This document shows, piece after piece, positions 29,751 to 32,000 of a DNA stretch of 32,000 bases. Origin of the DNA: Zymomonas mobilis subsp. mobilis ATCC 10988 (lineage in GTDB: Bacteria; Pseudomonadota; Alphaproteobacteria; Sphingomonadales; Sphingomonadaceae); contig NC_017262.1 of NCBI RefSeq assembly GCF_000175255.2, positions 330,001-362,000 of the forward strand. Reading direction: 5' to 3'. Under the pieces are notes generated by a model. That model was not told the DNA's origin and did no database searches. It saw only the letters and a list, made by a program, of their open reading frames with translations. The position numbers were made by a program, and so were the translations under genes. Numbering within the stretch: the stretch's first letter is position 1; every line of letters starts with the position of its first letter.

Positions 29751-29976
29751 TAAAATTATCTCGCATAATCAACAGGTTAAACAAATTATTATCTATCTTG
29801 AAATAGAGACGGATCGTCGGTGATAGATTTTTAATAATTTTTATCAAGAAAATATTTCTTCAATTCACTGTAATAAAAATATTAAATAAACAGCATGATG
29901 GTTTATTATTATTCTTAAATGGAATGGGCGATATATAGCATATCCATAGAGGCTGATCTATATCTATTCTGCGAAT

Positions 29977-30001
29977 GGAACATAACTTATATTCTATAGT
30001 T
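29977..30001 (+). promoter_or_regulatory. Candidate EcfG (general stress response sigma) promoter for the LEA-like gene
   Basis: GGAAC (29977-29981) - 17 nt - GTT (29999-30001), about 30-40 nt upstream of the candidate start codons. Confidence 0.5.
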
Positions 30002-30043
30002 TTATAGCGGAATATATCTGTAACGAAAGGAATGCATTCGACC

Positions 30044-30562
30044 ATGTCCAGCAACCGACTGACTAAACCTGTTCTTGGTTTTCTTCTGGGCGCAACGGCG
30101 GCCTTTGGTCTTTCTCCGGTTATTGCGGGTGCCGCTTACGCTGCCGAGCAGGGTGTCTTCCAAAAGGCTGGCAACAGCATTCAGAATACAGCAGATAATG
30201 CTGGCAAAGCTGTAAGTGATACGGCTGAAGATGCACATGACGGTGCCAAGAATGTGACGAATAAGGCTCGCCATTCTGCCAAAAGAAGCTGGAACAAAAC
30301 TAAATCTACGGCCAAGAAAACCACGGATAAGAGCGGTGATGCGCTCGATAAATCTTGGGATAAAACCAAAAGCAGCGCCGAAACCGCTACCGATAATGCC
30401 GGTCACACGATCGCAAGATCCGCTGACAAAGCAGGCGATGCTATCGAAAACACCACGGACAAAGCCGGCACCGGCATCAAAAAAGGGGCTAATACAGTCG
30501 GTAAAGCCTTCTCTGGTGCATGGAAAGATGTCACGGGTGGCAACAAGTCAAAGGGCAAGTAA
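30044..30562 (+). CDS. Secreted or periplasmic LEA-like / apolipophorin-like repetitive protein, possible stress protein
   Basis: Signal peptide (MSSNRLTKPVLGFLLGATAAFGLSPVIAGAAYA), then repetitive NTADNAGKAVSDTAEDAHDGAKNVTNKARHSAKRSWNKTKSTAKKTTDKSGDAL...DKAGDAIENTTDKAGTGIKKG. Start 30032 is also possible. Confidence 0.65.
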   Translation: MSSNRLTKPVLGFLLGATAAFGLSPVIAGAAYAAEQGVFQKAGNSIQNTADNAGKAVSDTAEDAHDGAKNVTNKARHSAKRSWNKTKSTAKKTTDKSGDALDKSWDKTKSSAETATDNAGHTIARSADKAGDAIENTTDKAGTGIKKGANTVGKAFSGAWKDVTGGNKSKGK

Positions 30563-30584
30563 TCTACCCTTTTTTCAAAACAGC

Positions 30585-30622
30585 AAAAGCGCTTCCGATT
30601 TCAAATCGGGAGCGCTTTTTTT
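30585..30622 (+). terminator. Intrinsic terminator downstream of the LEA-like gene
   Basis: AAAAGCGCTTCCGATTT CA AATCGGGAGCGCTTTTTTTAT: long stem plus T run. Confidence 0.88.
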
Positions 30623-30936
30623 ATATATTATTCCCTAGAATACATAGCGGATAGCCGTCTTCATTTCATCCGAGCAGTTAGCCCCCTATCCTGCCTCATT
30701 CTTTCTTAAACAGGCCGAATTTTTTAATCGGGCGCGCAATCCGATTTCAGACCTGAAATAACCCAAAAAAGATTCAAAACATTTTAAAAAATTTAACATT
30801 TTATACTAAAATAATTTATAATCTAAATTTTGTTTCAAAAAACAACAAAAAGCGATAACACTAGTAACCCGTTAACTTCAAAAACGGATGTTTTTTACAA
30901 TCAATGTAAGGCTTCCCTGATAGCAGGATTTTATTG

Positions 30937-32000
30937 ATGCGCTTTTCTCTTCTTGTGACGTCCTTATTATTTTCCGCCAGTACGCTAGCGGCTCCGGCCA
31001 TGGCCGATCATAGCCATAAAAAAGATTTCGATAAAAAAGTCGAAAATAAAGAGCAAAATCCTGTCCCGACAGATGATATCCAGTCTAATTGGGCAAAACC
31101 GCCTGTTGCCGAACAGGAAAAGACGACAGAGCACAGCGTCTCCCTTAATGGCAAAGAGCTGCATTACAAAGCAACCGCAGGCACTTTGACTATTCGGGAT
31201 GATAATGGGAAACCGACTGCCAGCGTTTTCTACACGGCCTATACGCTCGATACTAAAAATCTAGCGACCAAAAATCGTCCCGTCACTTTTTTCTATAATG
31301 GCGGGCCAGGATCTTCCAGCTTATGGCTCCATGTGGGTTCATTTGCGCCGGTAAAGGTCAATACAACCGATCCAGTCACAATCCGTCCTGCCCCTTATAG
31401 CTTTGGGGTCAATCCCGATAGCATGCTGGATATATCAGATCTGGTCTTTATTGATGCGGTCGGCGCGGGCTATTCTCGACCTTTGGGCGATACAAAAGGT
31501 GCCGCTTTTTGGGGCGTGGATCAGGATGCGCGTGCCTTTGCCAAAACGATCGAACGTTATGTTAATAAGAATCAGCGCTGGAGCAGCCCAAAATATCTTT
31601 TCGGTGAAAGCTATGGCACAACGCGTTCCGGCCAATTAGTCAATTTGTTACAAAATGATGGGATGCAGTTTAACGGGGTTGTTCTGCTTTCCTCTATTTT
31701 AAATTACGGCATCCGTCAGGCAGGCTACGATCATATCTATAAAGCCTATTTGCCAAGCTATGCAGCAACTGCGTGGTATCATAACAAATTAGCCAATCGT
31801 CCGGCTGATTTAAAAAATTTTCTGGATCAGGCTCGCGCCTTTGCGGCGGGGGATTATGCCGCAGCCTTGGAAAAAGGTGATTTGATTTCCGATGCCGAGA
31901 AAAACCGCGTCGCACAGCAAATGTCTGTCTTTACGGGATTATCGCCCGAATTTATCAAATTGAATAATCTTCGGGTTGAATTAGGCAGCTTCAGAAAAGA
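30937..32000 (+). CDS. Serine carboxypeptidase-like S10 family peptidase (partial, runs off the right edge)
   Basis: Manual translation from ATG 30937: signal peptide MRFSLLVTSLLFSASTLAAPAMA, then TFFYNGGPGSSSLWLHVGSFAPVKV, VFIDAVGAGYSRPLG, YLFGESYGTTRSGQLVNLL; S10 motifs. AGGA upstream. Confidence 0.88.
   Translation, partial: MRFSLLVTSLLFSASTLAAPAMADHSHKKDFDKKVENKEQNPVPTDDIQSNWAKPPVAEQEKTTEHSVSLNGKELHYKATAGTLTIRDDNGKPTASVFYTAYTLDTKNLATKNRPVTFFYNGGPGSSSLWLHVGSFAPVKVNTTDPVTIRPAPYSFGVNPDSMLDISDLVFIDAVGAGYSRPLGDTKGAAFWGVDQDARAFAKTIERYVNKNQRWSSPKYLFGESYGTTRSGQLVNLLQNDGMQFNGVVLLSSILNYGIRQAGYDHIYKAYLPSYAATAWYHNKLANRPADLKNFLDQARAFAAGDYAAALEKGDLISDAEKNRVAQQMSVFTGLSPEFIKLNNLRVELGSFRK

Noticed and set aside
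31403-31915. Short ORFs in the S10 peptidase region
   Set aside because: The correct plus-strand frame from 30937 encodes clear S10 peptidase motifs; the listed ORFs are alternative-frame artefacts caused by truncation at the window edge.

Overview
The window is a gene-dense, mostly housekeeping chromosomal segment of an alphaproteobacterium. The 2-keto-3-deoxy-6-phosphogluconate aldolase and the overall gene content look like Zymomonas mobilis; this is inferred from protein recall, with no database search. About 28 protein genes are supportable: nrdD (partial), queC, cysteine desulfurase, alpha/beta hydrolase, ornithine decarboxylase plus a deoxyhypusine synthase-like gene, an Mla/MCE-type lipid ABC transport operon, infA-maf-RNase E/G-yacG, DUF4186, SapC, FAD-oxidase, bestrophin, folP, ccrM, rnhB, thiD, glmM, POT transporter, metE, Sua5/TsaC, msrA, eda, MscS channel, a LEA-like protein and an S10 peptidase (partial). 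There is one tRNA-Phe(GAA), a cobalamin riboswitch upstream of metE, a speF-like RNA leader upstream of ornithine decarboxylase, and several terminators. No CRISPR array, prophage, IS element or defence island is visible. The strongest unusual signal is a 22-codon upstream ORF (MGLPTARQLLLLVLPPYPLEVP*) inside the ornithine decarboxylase leader. It has a PPYP motif, ends 1 nt before the TTG start of the decarboxylase, and its last codons carry the downstream Shine-Dalgarno. It is followed by a bacterial deoxyhypusine synthase-like gene that keeps the SWGK lysine motif. Other points worth checking are an EcfG-type promoter match before the LEA-like gene, a possible NrdR box pair before nrdD, and the TTG start of infA.
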